From Tubiluchus corallicola (taxonomy: Eukaryota; Animalia; Priapulida), in assembly GCA_030141605.1 (NCBI GenBank), contig JAQGDQ010000123.1, forward strand, positions 62,001 to 126,000: a stretch of 64,000 nucleotides of DNA, given 5' to 3'. Position 1 is the first letter of the stretch. Each line of letters opens with the position of its first letter. The notes under the pieces are model-generated. The model was not told where the DNA came from, did not search any database, and was given only the letters and a program-made list of their open reading frames with translations. This document shows, piece after piece, positions 41,401-55,700 of this stretch. A program made the position numbers and the translations under genes.

Positions 41401-42681
41401 CAACAGCATTAAAAAATTTCGGTCTCAATTTCAATTTCTTTTGCTTTGCCATGGTCACTATAGTATAGATGCTGAAAATTAGCATTTGTAAGAAAACGTT
41501 AGCAGCATATTCATTTTGGCAACTGCATAATTTTATGTTTACACAACACTGTCTATTTTATAGCACATACGTTCACGCTGTCTTCCAATGCACATCTTTT
41601 TTGAGCATGTTCCGTCACGTTAGGACTGCCCGATCTTTTCTGGCTGCCATGTTCTGATGCAACAGGACTTTTTGGTCTCCAATCTCTATAATGTTCAGGA
41701 CCTCCAGATCTCTTTTGGCAGTAGTCCAATTCAGAACAAAGAGCCAGAAATTCATTTAACACTTCTACCTCCCTAGAGCATTAAAAATAATTAACTAACT
41801 AACCTCAAGATGCCAATTTTTTGTCAGCCTCCAAATAATCTACATCAGTCAATTCAAAGCCTCTGAACAAATTTTTAACGATATAGTTGCTTTAACATTT
41901 AATGCAAATTTAATAAATATGCATGTAAGTTTCATGTAATAATGTTTCAAAAGCAAAACAAACAAACAAACATTTACCTGCTAGGACTGGGAACAGTGTC
42001 TCTGCTTTCACTGAGTTCCCTATTTTGGCGATTTGCACTACGTTGCTCTTGGGGTTCCCATGACTGAGAATAACCGAGGTTATCCCCTTCTCTTCTAATA
42101 CTACATTCCTGATGAAGTTCTCTTCTTAGCTCCCTTTCTCTGCTCCAACTTCGACTTTGTGATCTGTTTCTAAAAGGTTCGGTGTAGTTTTCATGCCCCC
42201 TTCGTTGGTCATCGACTTGACTTAGTTCACGACTGTGTCGAGACCTTTCCCTGTCAGAGCGTGAAAGAACACTTTCATCCAAAGGTTCGGGCGTGTGCCC
42301 TGGTTCTCTACTGAGTCTTCTAGGACATCGCGAATCATAAACTGGACTCAGTCCACGACTATATCTAGATGTTTCCACATTGGAGTGCAGGGAATCCATT
42401 TCATGCAAACGTTCTGGAGTACATCTTGGCTCTCTGCTGAGTCTTCTGGGTCGTCGAGGATCATCAATTGGCCTTACTTCACGACTACATCTTGACCGTT
42501 CCACGTCGGAACAGAAAGTTTCCCTTTCGTTTATATTGCGTCTTCTGTGTCGTCGACGATCGTCCACTGGACTTAATCGACGATTATGTCTAGACCGTTC
42601 CGCACTCGAGCGCAAATCACCCCTTTTATCCAAACGCTCAGAAATTAGTCTTGGTTCACGACTGCGTCTTCTGCGATCCAT
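22660..42681 (-). CDS. Gene B: ~853-aa protein with Arg/Ser/Glu-rich N-terminus and 5 U1/matrin-like (H-X5-H) zinc fingers
   Basis: ATG at 42681 with an in-frame TGA two codons upstream. Exons 41978-42681, 41571-41772, 40178-40386, 39094-39156, 37872-37953, 37683-37741, 36453-36521, 33501-33875, 33226-33291, 31743-31893, 29980-30068, 29151-29213, 28274-28367, 27387-27511, 26927-26983, 25962-26018, 25455-25524, 22660-22686 (DENTSSFF*); total 2562 nt, in frame. Fingers: CRKC..HMKTIEH, CKLC..HQVSEKH, CVIC..HLQEPEH, CEIC..HLACDYH, CDLC..HLAGRLH. The last exon is less certain. Confidence 0.8.
22928..23340. mobile_element. hAT-like MITE
   Basis: TIR CAGGGGCGTAT/ATATGCCCCTG. Confidence 0.6.
23836..24212. 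mobile_element. MITE with TTCGAA(T) subterminal repeats
   Basis: Clusters of TTCGAATCGAA at both ends and inverted termini. Confidence 0.5.
24960..25458. repeat. ~51-bp tandem repeat x~10 containing the exon donor
   Basis: Unit AACTAGTTTCTAAAAACGTTTTTGTTTCGGTTAAAGAATATCACTTACCAC. Confidence 0.95.
29320..29902. repeat. Degenerate (CAT)n/(CAA)n microsatellite
   Basis: Directly visible. Confidence 0.9.
30188..30620. mobile_element. MITE family G copy
   Basis: GTTTGCCGG..GAAGAATCGGACAAAATCTGGACCG shared with 36932-37369; partial reverse copy at ~8660-8910. Confidence 0.65.
31743..31893 (-). CDS. Gene B internal exon
   Basis: [50 protein letters not shown]; the donor GTACTA is weak. Confidence 0.7.
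31940..32210. mobile_element. MITE family A copy
   Basis: TCAGACTAG...CTAGTCTGAA termini. Confidence 0.65.
33501..33875 (-). CDS. Gene B internal exon (Q/E/P-rich linker plus CxxC)
   Basis: TTTCAG acceptor; [10 protein letters not shown]...GNYLCVICE; GTATGT donor in phase 2. Confidence 0.85.
34050..35165. repeat. Degenerate (CACCA)n low-complexity satellite followed by (GAT)n
   Basis: Directly visible; source of many spurious W/C/G/V ORFs. Confidence 0.95.
35245..36022. mobile_element. GC-rich probable non-autonomous transposon (class unclear)
   Basis: Sharp GC/CpG rise bounded by TATATA-rich ends; no convincing exon. Confidence 0.35.
36932..37369. mobile_element. MITE family G
   Basis: TIR TACAC..ATCTTGGTTTGCCGG/CCGGCAAACGAAGAT..GTGTA. 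Confidence 0.75.
38257..38881. mobile_element. MITE family E (~620 bp)
   Basis: TIR ATGTGTGCTTGCA/TGCAAGCACACAT; copies at 58821-59864, 61735-62340 and a partial copy at ~21940-22200. Confidence 0.85.
40178..40386 (-). CDS. Gene B exon 3 (acidic patch plus CxxC half-finger)
   Basis: [10 protein letters not shown]...DENDDDDD...EFFCRKC, then GTAAGT donor. Confidence 0.85.
40519..41000. mobile_element. hAT (Charlie-like) MITE
   Basis: TIR CAGGGGTGTGCAAATT/AATTTGCACACGCCTG; perfect 8-bp TSD GTCTAGTG. Confidence 0.9.
41571..41772 (-). CDS. Gene B exon 2
   Basis: CTAG acceptor and GTATGT donor; open frame [14 protein letters not shown]...ALEDSVN. Confidence 0.8.
41978..42681 (-). CDS. Gene B first coding exon, RS/RE-rich low-complexity domain
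   Basis: 235-aa [14 protein letters not shown]... ending at AG|GTAAAT donor (phase 2), matched by the next exon. Confidence 0.85.
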
Positions 42682-43899
42682 GGTTCAAATTAACGTGACC
42701 GCACTCACTAACCACTAATTCCCAATTATAACCTGCATCTATTACATCTGTAAACCTTAGAATATAGCATAGATTAGAGTTATTTGCCGTGCTTGGAAAA
42801 TTTACAAATCCATCTTGAAGCAATTTTTCAGATTGTTTTCGATCCCTGTAACATAAATATGCCAATTGATAATAAATATCACTTCAGGAATTTCAAATGA
42901 CATGTGGGCCAGACAAATATGTAGTCCTCATGTAGAGTCTTAAAAAAAGCTGTACAGTTACTAGTTTTTAGAGGACACCACATTTAGTAAGTGAATATTT
43001 TTAAAGTAAATTTAAAAAATAAAAAGTAAATTTAAAAAGTAATTTTAAAAACAGTGTTATGAAATGACAGCAGTTATTAAAAGATATTCTGACTAAGATT
43101 TATTAACTCTTGAAATTATTTTGTTTTCACTAGCTATATTTAACTACACACCAAGTTACGGACAATAACATGGATTTATCGATGTTGTAGATTCACCATT
43201 TTATTGCAAATTATTCAGTATGCAACAATTATTTCAAACAATTGAGATGAAATCTTGATGAAGCGTATGACCAGCATTTTATCGAGCACGAATTTTTTTG
43301 TTTGTTTTTTGTACAGGTTATAATCATTAAAAATAACATCTACATACACTTTTTAAGTATTTATTATGATGTTGCTGCACACTACTTATAAATATTGGTA
43401 TTAGTAAGCTTTCACATTCTATTATATATACATGTTCACATTGTATCTCAAGTTTATTAATTTTCAAATGCAAATACAAAATAGCCCTTATGCGTCATTG
43501 TCCAAATTTTATTAAGCCATAAGCATTAATAGCATAATCATCGGTACAGCAAGTTTAAATTTAATATATTATTAACAAAGTCCATATTATCTACTTAATG
43601 TAAGCACTATTTTAGGTTAAAACTTAATTTAACTTGGACAATTTCTATTGTCCACTAAGATTGTATTATGCAAATCATATCATCGAAGGGAAAAACTGAA
43701 CCCTTAAACAACTAGTTTCAAAGAGTTTTTAATGAAAAGAACTCCTCTCACTCTTTTGGTTCCCAGTATGTTACCTAACCCAGATATCAGCATAACACTA
43801 CTAGGTGTATTAAAGCTATTAAAGAAGTTAAATTCTTAGTTGATCATGGCTGTGATTGCCAGAATTTTCTATAAATCATTGTGGTTTATTTTACCAATT

Positions 43900-44420
43900 A
43901 TTATCTGTTGTGGGTGAGTAATGAGCTGGAGAAAGAAGACACTGAAAAATTGTGGACTAGTCGGGACTAGAAGTTAAAGATCCTATTAAAGCACAAGGAC
44001 CTAGTGCATTGAAGGAACCAAGTAAGGATTTGGCTGATCCTCATCTTTCACAAATCATTATCATCTGGAGTAGTCCCTGCACACTGGAAGCATGCAAATG
44101 TCACCCCTATCTTTAAAAAAGGTCAAAAATGTTTCTGCTTATATTATCATCATAACCAGCCTATCCAATGTTGTATCAAAAATTGTGGAACATATTATTT
44201 ATGCCCTCTTATGAACTACACTGACAAGCATAACATATTTTATCAGTTACAACATGGTTTCCGTCTCCAGCAGTCTTGGAAAATACAAGTGAACAAATTG
44301 GTCAATTTATAGCAACAAATACAGTATATATGCTACGAGCAGGCAGAACTTTGCGTGCTTGATTTTTCCAAGATATTCTGTAAATGACGCATGGGTGTCT
44401 AATGGAAAGATTGCATTAAT
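43900..44420 (+). mobile_element. Decayed CR1/L2-type LINE reverse-transcriptase fragment
   Basis: Frameshifted motifs SGVVPAHWKHANVTPIFKKG, LQHGFR and LDFSK. Confidence 0.8.
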
Positions 44421-47400
44421 ATCCACGGTGTTAGTGGCATGGTGAACATCTAACGTAATCTGCGCTACTCGGTTTAATTCCTGACTAGTGGCTCAGAACT
44501 GATGTAAAATCCAGAACCAAAATGTAGAATCCTATCTATTAACATGGAACATAACTTGTGAACAAATATGTCCACACTCATCGAATGTACATTGTAAAGT
44601 ATTTCGAGGGCGGTATATAACAAAGGCTAGGTAAACACCATGCATGTATAAGAGATTATATAACATAGTATAATATAAGTTATAACACCTAAGTCTGACA
44701 TGGAATTTACCCAGGAAATAGGTTTCACCACCCAACTCCAACTTGGAAATAACTAAAATTTAATAAGTTTTAACATCCAAGTCTTAATTGCAAATAATAT
44801 CCAAAAACTCTTGAATAATAAATGTGTACTATGTGATACGTTCTTGCTTACTCAACCTCTGGGTACTGTGGTGCCGTGCATGCCTCACCTTGTGCCTCCT
44901 TGAAATGTACTTAGTGTCAAGGGCTACCTCATCATGCATTGCTGCACAATATCCTATTAGGCAATATATGGCAAGGTAGCACACAAGGTTGTTAAACAAG
45001 CACAAACGTCTCAGGTAGTGTTCAACCTAGTATAGTACTTAGTACTAATAGTAGTACTAGTAGTAGTAGTAGTAATACTAGTAATAGTTCGTACAATTTT
45101 ACAATACAAACACAAAATAGTTAATGCAAAGTAATGACCTATACCCTACTCACTATCCATTACATCATTAAAATTAATGCACAAACATAATGTCAGGCAC
45201 CTAAATCGAATACGTCACGACTCTAACCAACCAAAAACCTGCTAAAAGCAGCAACTCAATATAATCAGTTTCCTTTGAACAACATTCTACTTCCGAAATA
45301 TTAATAACAATTGAAAGCATAAAAAACGTTGCTAACTTCTGAATTTTGCATGCATGATATCCAGGGATACAAGGAGATACCGAGTGGCAACGGTAGCAAT
45401 TTCAACAAATTTGTCTATTTTTGTCTGCCAATGACAACAACAAGAGAAGAAATCTTAACAGAGCCCGAATAAAATTAACGGAATATTCAGTCTCGGTTTA
45501 TTTAGATGATTAGCTTATCACATATTTAGGCGAAATTTCGGTATGTAGTGTTGTGCTCATTAATCTCAATGCTTCGCTCGACTGAACCTTGTGATTTACT
45601 ATAAACATTTTGTGTTCAGTACGTGTACTTTACCCAGCACGAGTGACATCCAGAGGCTCATCAGAGCACCAGCATTTTCAGCTACTACTACCTTGAGAGT
45701 GCCATCTCACCTTACCTATCTGTAAATCTAACCACGTTTTTAGCCTGTACCTACACCATGTTTGATTCTCCTTCTTACACCTCTAACATCATCACTAATA
45801 ATGGAATGTTTCTCTTCGAATTTTTACTAATCAGATGTGCAGACGGCATGAAAATCGTAAAAATAGTAATGTGAATAACCGCTATGTTGACTTTTGTCTG
45901 AATGACCAAGACAGTACTAGATGTCCACACGACACTCTATAGCAATAATTAATTAAAATGTTTAGAAAAAAAGATCAACTATTCCTCAATCGACAACGTT
46001 CAACCACCATAGCAAAAAGTATGCTAACCAGACAATAAATGGACTTGCACGTTTTATTTAGTAAAAAAAGATTTTATCACACATTTTTGTATTTATTTCG
46101 ACGACAGGTGAAAATTAGAACTATGTAAGTCACAAACACAAAGAAAAATACAGTACAGAAATTCAATACAAAACGTGTTCAAGTGAAACATCAAAAGTGG
46201 TGCAAAAGCAATGAAGCCTGCATATGTACTGCAAAAACTAAATAAACTTTAACTAAATATGATGCTAAACATTGAAATAACTAAGATGCATATACAACTA
46301 TATCAGTTTGAAAATATTTCAATAAAACTAGATTAGACCATTCTAATTTGATTTTTACGCATATCAGATTTTTGATAGGGTAAAGATGAACATGTGTGCC
46401 TCGAAATAAACCCACTTAACGGTTTGCTAAGAAAAGAGTGAAAAAATAGTGGAAAAATCTGAACTACATGCAAAAAACCAACAAAGTCAATGCTCCTAGG
46501 CAAAAATTTAGAAAGCCCAAATCAGATTTGTAATGGACATAGGCAACTACAATTGTCAATTTCTCTTAATTTACTGGAAAACAATCAAAGATATCCTTAC
46601 ACGGTTTTGTGTCATTCATTGAAAAACTTGCTTACAATGTGGCGGATGTAATAATTACGAAATATAACGGTATCAGAAGAAAATGCTTTTATAAGCATAA
46701 CATCATAAATCAAATTTTCTAAATTTCAATATAGAAAGCAGCTTTTTTTGTCTGGTAAGCCTGTGTGAGTTTGTGCTTAGCTGGTTTCAGAAACATATAG
46801 GATCTAATTAGCTACTAATTTATCAACTCACTGATATAGGTGGCTTAGCAAGATATGTTTCTTCCATGTTGCAAAACGGATATCATATGGTACATTTCAT
46901 TTCTCAGTTTACAGCCAGGACCTGCACCTTGTAAAGCAGGAGTTCTGTCAACTGACCCTAAGGACTCAATATTACCCTACATTCCCACACTTTCTTAACA
47001 CAATTAACATATCTTATTACCAAATTAAAGATAGCTGACTTGATGACTTTTTAGTCAGTTAACTACCCTATCTCATTTACTTTATCGTTTATATTTGCTT
47101 TATTATCACATTTATTACTGTATTTATTTTCATATATTTTTATTACATGTATTTGTTCCTGAAATGTTACAGAAAAAAATAAACTTGATTTGATTTGATT
47201 TTTGCAAGAACAATGGAACAAATTTTGTTCTATTGAAAGGACACCTTGTGCACAGGAGGCCCCAGTCAAAATCAGATCAGAAACAAACTTCCCATTACTT
47301 TCTTTCCATACAGACTATAGATAATACTACTTTCTGTTCAAGGTGGAACAAACACATCACTAAAATAACGGGAGAAAGGTGAAATCTTCCACCTTCAGAG

Positions 47401-47543
47401 CTCATATCACATTTATCATTTCTAGATTAATTTATATCTACATTCAATGATTACAAATGTCTCTTGACACCTGTGATGATCAATGGCTAATCAAAAATTC
47501 TTTCACAATGGAAAATTGAACAAAAATCTAAGACTTCTTCGAG

Positions 47544-49101
47544 TTACGCACTTGGCTTCTGCTGTCCCTCCACTTTGCTAAAAATAAAGCATTATTACAA
47601 TAACATATCTGCCTGCAAAGACAAACACAGAATTTTTATATTTTAAAAGTGACCCCTAAAATAAATATGCACAATTTACAGTTATTTACATCATAGGGCC
47701 TAGCTGCACACATATACTCAATTAATGGAGACTAGAAATAGATAAAAACATTGCAATTATATTTATACACCACAAGTCATTTTCATCATTTACTAGAACC
47801 AGATCTATTTAGTGTTCTGGCTCTAGTTTACAACACATACAAAGTGAGAGTCAGTATTTTCAGTGAAAACACAACAAATGCCAAACTACAGTATCAACCA
47901 ATACCATTAAGCCTCAGAAGAACAAATTATCAGATTTGAATAGTCAAGCAACAAATCGTTACTATACCTTGCATGTTCTTTTGAACGGAAATGGTCTACC
48001 ATCTGGGATAAAGTTGTGCAGTTGGGCTTCATCCTAAAAGAAATGAAAAACTGCAATTTCGTATTAAATAGAGTACAATCAAATTTATTATAATGAGAAA
48101 TAACCTTATCACCATGCTGTTCATTTGGTGTGCTTTGAATTACGAAGGCACAAAAAATAATTACAAATCAAAAGAGTAACTTAAATTTCATTCTTGATTC
48201 TGTAATGATTTTTCCTGCATTGCTATCATAAATGTAATGATCAGCTGCGGCTCATGTATAGGCACTATGCTAGTGCAGGACCCCCTGTTTTCGCACATTA
48301 TTATTGACTTGTGCGCAACCGAAGCATGTGAGGGAAGTACAATTTGCGTCACAGCCCAAGCAACGATGTGTTTGGCTGTTGTGCGCATGCAGCCACATGC
48401 ACATATCTGAAGTAAGACACTTTACTTCAGGTAGAAAGAGTACTGTTGCTCACGCAGTATGTGTTGTCAGTTGTCACGTGCTTCAAAACCGTGTACCGGC
48501 ATGTACTTGAACTGCGACAATTTAGGCTATTCGTAAGAAAACGATATTTTTAGTTTAGGATTTTATCATGTTTGTACATAAATTTGTTTATTTGTTTAAG
48601 ATTACAATTACAACATTAAAATAACATATGTTTGTTTCGTTTTACACAGTATTAAAGCAATGGCTATGAGCCGCTACTGGTACTGATTATTTCTTTTAGC
48701 TAAATTACTAGCATTGATAATGACACTTGTTTTGAAATGATTGTCTGCACTCACTAAACAGCATATTGATGTATAACACCTGAATCTTTATGTAAAAAAC
48801 CTCATGTTCGGAACCGACTAGTTGTGGCAAGCCAATAAGCACTTTGAAAGCTAAACTAAGAAGTGACATCTGATTATTTATAATGTTATTTTTCACATAC
48901 CTGCACACAGAACAATTATAGAATTGAGCAGACCCATGTTTTTCAACTCTTAACTGTTTTTCTTTTAGTGCAATGGTCAACGCCTAAAAAATCGGAGAAT
49001 TTTCGGTGTGAAACAGCATTTTGAAAATGAAAAGCATCACATAGACAAGTAGACAAGTGCAATGTTTAGAAGAGAAAGAGAGAGATGGACTGAGGAGGTA
49101 G

Positions 49102-49194
<93 letters not shown>

Positions 49195-52100
49195 AAGGGA
49201 AAGAAAGAAAGAAAGAGGGAAGAGAGAAAGAGGCGAAAGAGAAAGAGAGGGAAGAGAGACTCATTTTAAATGTATGTATAATGTTTTCAACAACTTGCTC
49301 GTGTTTATCTTTTACGTGGGTTATTTGTGTTTAGCCGATGAAATAAAAGTATGCTCTTTGTTTTTGTTATCATTACAGCACGAAACTTTGTGCAAATGGA
49401 CATCGTACCAAACCAATAACTGAAACACTATTGTGTGAATTTTTCAATTTCTGAGAGAATGTTGGCTTTTACTTTCTGGTCTATTGCTAGGAAAACACGT
49501 ATCATCTAATATGTGCTGATACGTAAACTAGCAAAGGCACTCATATGTAGAATCTTCAGCATGCAAAGAACTGAGCAAAACCTCAGAAGATAAAAGATGC
49601 CAACACGTAAACACGTAAAAATGTAAATAATTAAACTGCAGTAGATAACTATCAAAATGATGAAATAGGTTCATTCGATTTTACAGTTGCGTGCTTTCAT
49701 ACCTTCAAATCACTCCCTGCCAATTTTTCATTCTTGACAGCATCTAGCAACATATCTCTCCTAAACAAACAGACAAAATGTAATAACTATAAATCAGACT
49801 ATCAAAATAATTGCTACTACTAGCAATAATACATCACCAATCATCATCAGAATAATAATTATCATAAAATTCTCACACACAGTTAAAAATCTACAAAAAA
49901 ATACTTCCTATGTCAGATAAATACACAATGAACATACAGGAAGCATAGAAAGTCACACTAGCTTATAAATGTGGTAGAGACCAAGTTTCCTGTATTACGA
50001 AAAATGCTCGTTATGACTCAAAATGACAAATATCACATGCCATCTATGAATGATCCTAATATGCCTTGATTTAAACACACTTGCATAATAAGCACTACAC
50101 TTTTAAGTAACTCTAAGAACATTTTTATCACCACATATTTTATCAATGCTTCATCTTCTGTTTCATAGAGCATTTCCCACATCAAAAAAGTGCTAAATGG
50201 TTTGATAAAAAAAAGTAATTTGTTAAAAATACTAACACTGTCATTCCATGAGATATGTTGTGTTCAACAGGTAGATGATACAGCAGCTCCAGATTAAACG
50301 GAAATCTTTTTCTGAAAACGGACATAAATATGCATTGACGACAAAGTAATAAAAAAGCAAGTCCCTAATTTCTGAATCATTAATTAATCAACAAATTTAT
50401 TTTATCTGAATCATTAATGAAGTTTAGTTGACTAAGCTACAACTGAAGAAACACAACAGTACATATTAAACGATAATTAATAACAAATTGAGCTATCGGG
50501 ACTGCGACTTAGTGATTGCAACTTGCAGGTCTGTGAAGTGAACACCTATGTTCTTTATAGCAAACAAATGATTAGCGCCACCTACACTCATTTTACATTA
50601 ACTAATTCATAAATTAATATTACGACAAGTTCACACAGGGTTTTCAGCACATTTTTTCTTCAAGTCTTCAATTAAATTTATTGTTATAATGATAAACTGT
50701 TATGTTTATTAATCCCGAGCCTGTTACATTTAAAATCCAATGTGTATAATTTCTTACAGTCATAAGCCAACTTTGTTTGATGTCCAAATTTTCAAAACAA
50801 AAAGGCTGTTTTCATATAGACATGTACGTATTAATGCACCTAGCTCTAATGCCAAACTCGCTTGATGCCAACTTACTTTTTGTTGACTCAAAGTGGGTGG
50901 TATAAAGCGGGTTTAACTGTAGTTCCTGTTTTTTTAGGTAAATTCAGTCTTGAGAAGTTGACAAAAAATCTGGTTGACAACACAATAAGTTTTTTCACTG
51001 TTCCAGTGATTAATGATGATCATGAAAAGGTCAAAGGTTAAATGTACCCGACAACGCATTTGTGTACACTTCACAACGCCTCGGAGCCCATGCTATTTTA
51101 ATACTTTTAACAGCAGTTTTAACAGCTAGTTAGACCCTTACCCAATTATTATTTTGGTATTAAGCAAAGTGCACGTAACACAACTGAAGCTACTGAATTA
51201 ACGTAGCACACAGCTTTGTTTTACACATGTCACGGACGGCTGTAGTTAAGACTCGTTGCTCTGGTACACTTAACATTTGACCTATAGCAACTATGCTTGC
51301 ATACAACGAAACTATTAAAAGGACTATTAAAGCAACCTTAATTTCACTTACTTGCAGATACAGCAAATATACGTCACTGATCTGAGTACATCGATGTCGT
51401 CCGTCCACAAACTATCTACTGCTTGCCAACCGCTCACTTCCAAATGTCCTTTGGTAACTGCTTTCTTCATTACCTACAGGTAATAAACTTACTTTTAAGC
51501 AATGGATTTTGTCTGCATGCTTTACAAGATCGTGCTAGTCGTGTTTACGTGCCCCCTATTACGTGTTGTGACACATCAACCTTGCTGAATACAATGTTTG
51601 TCCTTTATGTGCGTTTTAGAAATCAGCATCATCTTCAGTTTGAAAGATAATCAGAGTCTTATTCATCAACCTTCATGTAGTAATTAATTTTACCAACAAC
51701 TGAATTTCCACAGAAGTAAATTCATATTTCCAATCAATTTCAACTTTCACACTTGTCACAAATTTCAGAAAATAACGAACAAGACTGACTCTTGATAGAA
51801 ACAGCTTCGTGTCTGTTTCATTAAGATTAAAGCTAGCATTCTTATAATGTTAGCACTAAGACAGACACATGTTCTTATAAGGTTAAATGTTATTTTAAGT
51901 TCTTTCATGGTAAAAAGCACCAGTCGCACTTGATTAATGCCGAAAGATACAAAAAAGGCTAGCCAGGTTATAATTAACATTCAGACCATTAACATTAACA
52001 TTAACATTTGAAATTAGTAGTCCAAATTCATATACTTCTTGTCTACTAATATCATTGTACCCGAGCTGCATCGATTTTAGATGCGAACAAAATGGCGGTG

Positions 52101-52688
52101 ATCGTGGTGGTGGTTGTCATACATTTTGTTTTCGTTTCATAATATAAAGTATTACAATAATAAGTTAACATGTGCTACCACCTACATTTAAAATTATTTA
52201 TTGTTGAATTAAGTCAGGTTTAATCCAGGTTATGGTCTTGGTCTGTGCTGCTCAGTCACCTGTACCTAATGGGCTTCCCATATATGGTAGTGTTGATTGC
52301 TTGTGTGTTTTATTAGCCAATCAAGTAAGCTCAGTGGGTGCATGTGACTTGGGTAGCACTGCCAAGACCAGCTGGTTTTTTATCCTTTCTTGAGCACTAC
52401 TGTAGAATAGTCACCACGTGTCTTCTTTCTTGTAAATAATAGTATAATATGTAAACAGAAATAAAGTCTTTCACAGTTCAACACAATTTCATAGCTTTGC
52501 TTCAATCACCAGAGTGAACCAGCCTACAACAGTCTACACTAACTTCAGTCTAATATACAAGCTCTCTACAAATGCAATACGCCTATGATGCTTGCTAAAA
52601 GTTTTCTACAGTGGTGGTGGTGGTGGTGGTGATGATGATGATGATGATGACGATGATGATGATGATAATGATGATGATGATGATGATG

Positions 52689-52781
<93 letters not shown>

Positions 52782-55700
52782 GTAAACAGAAGCACACCAT
52801 AAATCCCAATACAAAAGAACCAGCTAATTCTAATACTGCACTCTTTAAAGTGGAAAAACCTTTAGAGCTTGGTGCTTAGCCAATTATTAATTTGTCAACA
52901 AAACACTGTATCTTAGAAAAAGTGAAATCAATTAATTAGGCAAAGCAGTAAATTCTGATTTTTATTCATAATCATTACGCGCTGTTTTACTTTGCAAAGT
53001 GGAATTATTGAATACCATCAATTTTTGAGATTTATGAAAAACCTTTATCAATGATGCTCACAAGATGATGATGATGAAAATGATGAAAACAGCAATTAGC
53101 AAAATGATGACGACAATGAAAATGGCACTATCACTAAATCAGGGGTTAGTGACTAGGTCGTTTTTCCATAAGCTCTAACGGCTTACTATTGTTTCATTGT
53201 CTTAACATAAAAACTGCTTTCCGTGGAAGGAGAACCTTACCGTTACAACATCAAGAGAGGGAAGCACGTTTTTCTCTTTTGCCACCCCGTTTATGTTTTC
53301 TACCCTGTAATGAAAAGAAAACAGATGTAATTACATAACTATGAAGAAAAAATCTATTCATGAACATGAACATCCATATCTAATTACTGGTATAACTGAT
53401 ATAACAATTTGTGTATATTTGTATGCTCTACTGTTTTTCAGGTACTGCAGCCTATGACCATGACCGGCCACTCAAGATCAGTACCACATTGCCCACTTTA
53501 TATTATAAATTGCACAAGTTTGGTCACCAGCATCTTACATTTCTTTAAGTGCCTTTGCAAAGTTTTCTTACAGTGGAAGAAAAGAGAATTTTAAAGTGAG
53601 TCTCAAAAGACTTTGTGCAAAGTTGTAGTCGTAGTATGATCCAAGGATGTTACCGAAATCGAATTTACAAACCGAAACCGAAATTTATGAAACATGAGAA
53701 ACTGATACCGAAACAAAACAGAAACAGAAACATTTTTGCAAAACCAACTATTATTAAAAAAAGAAAATTGTAAAATAAATAAAATATTTTGTTTTTTGTT
53801 TGTCTGCTTTTATTTGCTGTGATGCAAAATAAATACTGATAAAAAAGCACAATCGTGTTTTACAGTTTAGAACCTTATGTTTGATGGAGTGGCTTACATT
53901 ACAAAAATTAATGTGTTACAATATTTTTGGATTTAAGTATCCTTAATAATTAACGTTTAAAGATCAAAATGCTTCATCAAAATAAAGAAATTTTATTTTG
54001 TAGATATTTTGTTGCCTATAATATTTCATAAATTATAAAATTAAAAACGATTTTGTTCAAATTAATTTAAACATGGTTTGATATTTCAGTGATTGGGCCT
54101 GGAGACCACAAAGCATCACAGTGGTTAGCACTGAAGATATATGCCGCATTGCCGTGAAAAGCACACTACAAACTGTTATGTAAATGAAAGTTTCACTTTA
54201 TTTGAACTATTTTAGCCAAGATTTTTCAGCAGTTTTTGATATCTAGGAGAAAAAAGGTAAATTTGATAAACACTAGTGAAGCCTCTGAAAATGCTACCAA
54301 AAATTACCTAAATTTCACTGAAACCGAAAGTGCAATTATCAGCAAACAGAACCAAAAATTTCGCTTCGGTAACATCCTGGTACGATAGTAGCTAGCAAGC
54401 TTTTTTATAATGCAATAATGCAACAAATAACATCCTAGTGTCATGAGAAGAGAAAAAAATAAATGCTAAAATGCAGAATTGGTTTACAAGTTCTTTTAAC
54501 CATCCTGCCGTCAAAATGATTTTACTGGTAAACAACACGTTTTACTATGTAAAACCTGACACTAACAACAAACATGAGTCTAGCAAGTGCTCACTGCGGT
54601 GTGCATACAACTCATAGCAGTTAATAGAATACGAAATCTAATGTTACAACTGTTCAAACTGCCAGTCTAAAAATTGGGTTGCAGACAGAGAGAATTTACG
54701 GCTAACTACTTCAAATGCTACAGAAGAGAATCGCAAGAATTAATATAACATTGGTGACACATACCATAAACTGTGGTTTTCTCCCTTTACATGCTCTATT
54801 AAAGCCTCTCTTGTCTTGAAGCTCAGCCTAAAATATAACAATACAGTTTAGTTAGTACAACAAAATTAATAATATATTATTTTCAACACGTCAGCTGCAT
54901 GGAAAATAATTTAAAAGTTTTGGCTCTCTACTAATGAAACACAAAAAAACAAGGAAATGTTTGCAAAGTACGATTAAGGAAGCAGAACACATGTTATGAG
55001 TACATAACACACAACAGCACAGAGTGCCAAGACATGTATTATTTTGAGATTTATAAGGTTTCGTGTTTCTGCTTGCCTAACAGTTGAACAGCAGTTCATT
55101 CTCCACATAAGATGTAAGTCAATTCAGTGTCAGCTCTCTTAGTTTTACAATCTGTACAGCATTCTTTGAAACATCATTATCTAGTTTTTTTGTTCACAGA
55201 GCAGTATTACTGTGGTGAATATTACAGTAATCAGTATTACTGTAGCGAATATTACAGTAATCAGTATTACTGTGGCGAATATTACAGTAATCCGCATTAC
55301 TGTGGCAAATATTACAGTAATCAGTATTACTGTGGTGAATATTACAGTAATCAGTATTACTGTGGTGAATATTGCAGTAATCAGTATTACTGTGGTGAAT
55401 ATTACAGTAATCAGTATTACTGTGATGAATATTACAGTAATCAGTATTACTCTGGTGAATATTACAGTAATCAGTATTACTGTGGTGAATATTACAGTAA
55501 TACCAGTGGCATAACGCCCATTGGACAAGGCTGGACAAATGCCAGGGGTCCCCGAGGTCTAGGGCCCCCAAGCCTGACCCTAAAAACATGCAAATTTACA
55601 GATAGGAAAATGCGTATTTACTTTATGATTAAATCCCCTACTAATTTTGGCAACCAACGAGGAACTGATTTCCATTCCAAAGGGTTGCCAGTTGCCACTC

